Source: a virus
Lineage: Duplodnaviria > Heunggongvirae > Uroviricota > Caudoviricetes
Strand: one strand, 5' to 3'
Virus record (IMG/VR): IMGVR_UViG_2541047869_000003
Location: 1-39,722 of that record
Length of the DNA: 39,722 nucleotides
Positions 39,297-39,722 of this stretch are shown one piece after another. The position numbers were made by a program, and so were the translations under genes. Below the pieces are notes generated by a model. It saw nothing but the letters and a program-made list of their open reading frames with translations, was not told the origin of the DNA and made no database searches. Position 1 is the stretch's first letter. Every line of letters begins with the position of its first letter.

Positions 39297-39464
39297 ATGC
39301 ACTTCCGAGTCACAGGTGAATGGAATGGAGAGCCATTCAACAGAGTTATCGAAGCGGAGAACATCAATGACTGCTATGACCACTGGATGATATGGGCGCA
39401 GATAGCACATGCAGACGTAACCAATATTCGAATTGAAGAACTGAAAGAACACCAAGCCGCCTGA
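39297..39464 (+). CDS. Small hypothetical protein (55 aa)
   Basis: MHFRVTGEWNGEPFNRVIEAENINDCYDHWMIWAQIAHADVTNIRIEELKEHQAA; not in the supplied ORF track; flanked by terminator-like hairpins. Confidence 0.3.
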   Translation: MHFRVTGEWNGEPFNRVIEAENINDCYDHWMIWAQIAHADVTNIRIEELKEHQAA

Positions 39465-39476
39465 TGGCGGCTTTTT
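39456..39476 (+). terminator. Intrinsic terminator
   Basis: Stem GCCGCC / GGCGGC, TGAT loop, T5 tail; overlaps the stop of the small ORF. Confidence 0.6.
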
Positions 39477-39521
39477 ATTGCCTGATTTGCAGGTTCGATT
39501 CCCTATTCGGAGATAGCACTC

Positions 39522-39722
39522 ATGCAACACGAACTACAGCCTGATTCACTGGTTGATTTGAAATTCATCATGGCCGATACTGGCTTCGGTAAAACCTTCA
39601 TCTATGACCGGATTAAGTCCGGAGACCTGCCTAAAGCCAAAGTTATCCACGGGCGAGCAAGATGGTTATATCGTGACCATTGTGAATTCAAAAATAAACT
39701 CTTAAGCCGCGCCAATGGGTAA
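39522..39722 (+). CDS. xis: AlpA-family excisionase / DNA-binding regulator
   Basis: 66 aa with winged-helix motif ...DTGFGKTFIYDRIKSGDLPKAKVIHGRARWLYRDHCEF; directly precedes int across the window junction, the usual pairing with P4-type integrases. Confidence 0.7.
   Translation: MQHELQPDSLVDLKFIMADTGFGKTFIYDRIKSGDLPKAKVIHGRARWLYRDHCEFKNKLLSRANG

Larger units (their letters stand above)
1..39722. mobile_element. P22-like temperate phage genome, apparently complete and circularly permuted (opened between xis and int)
   Basis: Gene order and strand match the P22 map: int, attP, tailspike, immI, ejection proteins, needle, hub, coat, scaffold, portal, terminase, lysis, Q, nin, replication, cro, cI, N, recombination, xis. 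Excisionase stop is the last base and integrase ATG the first. Confidence 0.8.

Noticed and set aside
1-39722. CRISPR arrays, rRNA genes, insertion sequences or transposases
   Set aside because: No regularly spaced direct repeats with unique spacers, no rRNA-like stretches, and no transposase-like ORFs or terminal inverted repeats seen by eye.

Overview
The window reads as an essentially complete, circularly permuted genome of a P22-like temperate phage or prophage (about 39.7 kb). It opens exactly on the ATG of a tyrosine integrase and closes exactly on the stop codon of an AlpA-type excisionase, so the xis-int junction is split across the window ends and no host flank is visible. All family assignments are from reading the six-frame translations and from memory of the protein families; no database search was run. 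Coordinates of non-CDS features were read by eye and may be off by a few bases. Minus strand, 1.3-29.9 kb: tailspike, immI (ant, arc, with mnt divergent), ejection proteins, tail needle and hub, coat, scaffold, portal, terminase, a KilA-N gene, a phage-21-type lysis cassette (pinholin, SAR endolysin, Rz/Rz1), two tRNAs, Q, a nin region carrying an orphan C5 methyltransferase, a DnaB-like helicase, an O-like initiator with internal origin iterons, cII and cro. Plus strand, 29.9-39.7 kb: CI repressor, a terminator-bracketed AT-rich single-gene cassette, nutL and N, cIII, a RecT module, several small unknown genes and xis. The best candidates for something undescribed are the accessory slots: the 311-aa gene between cI and N (the lambda rexAB position), the secreted-protein and lipoprotein pair beside mnt (the P22 sieA position), and the divergent tailspike.
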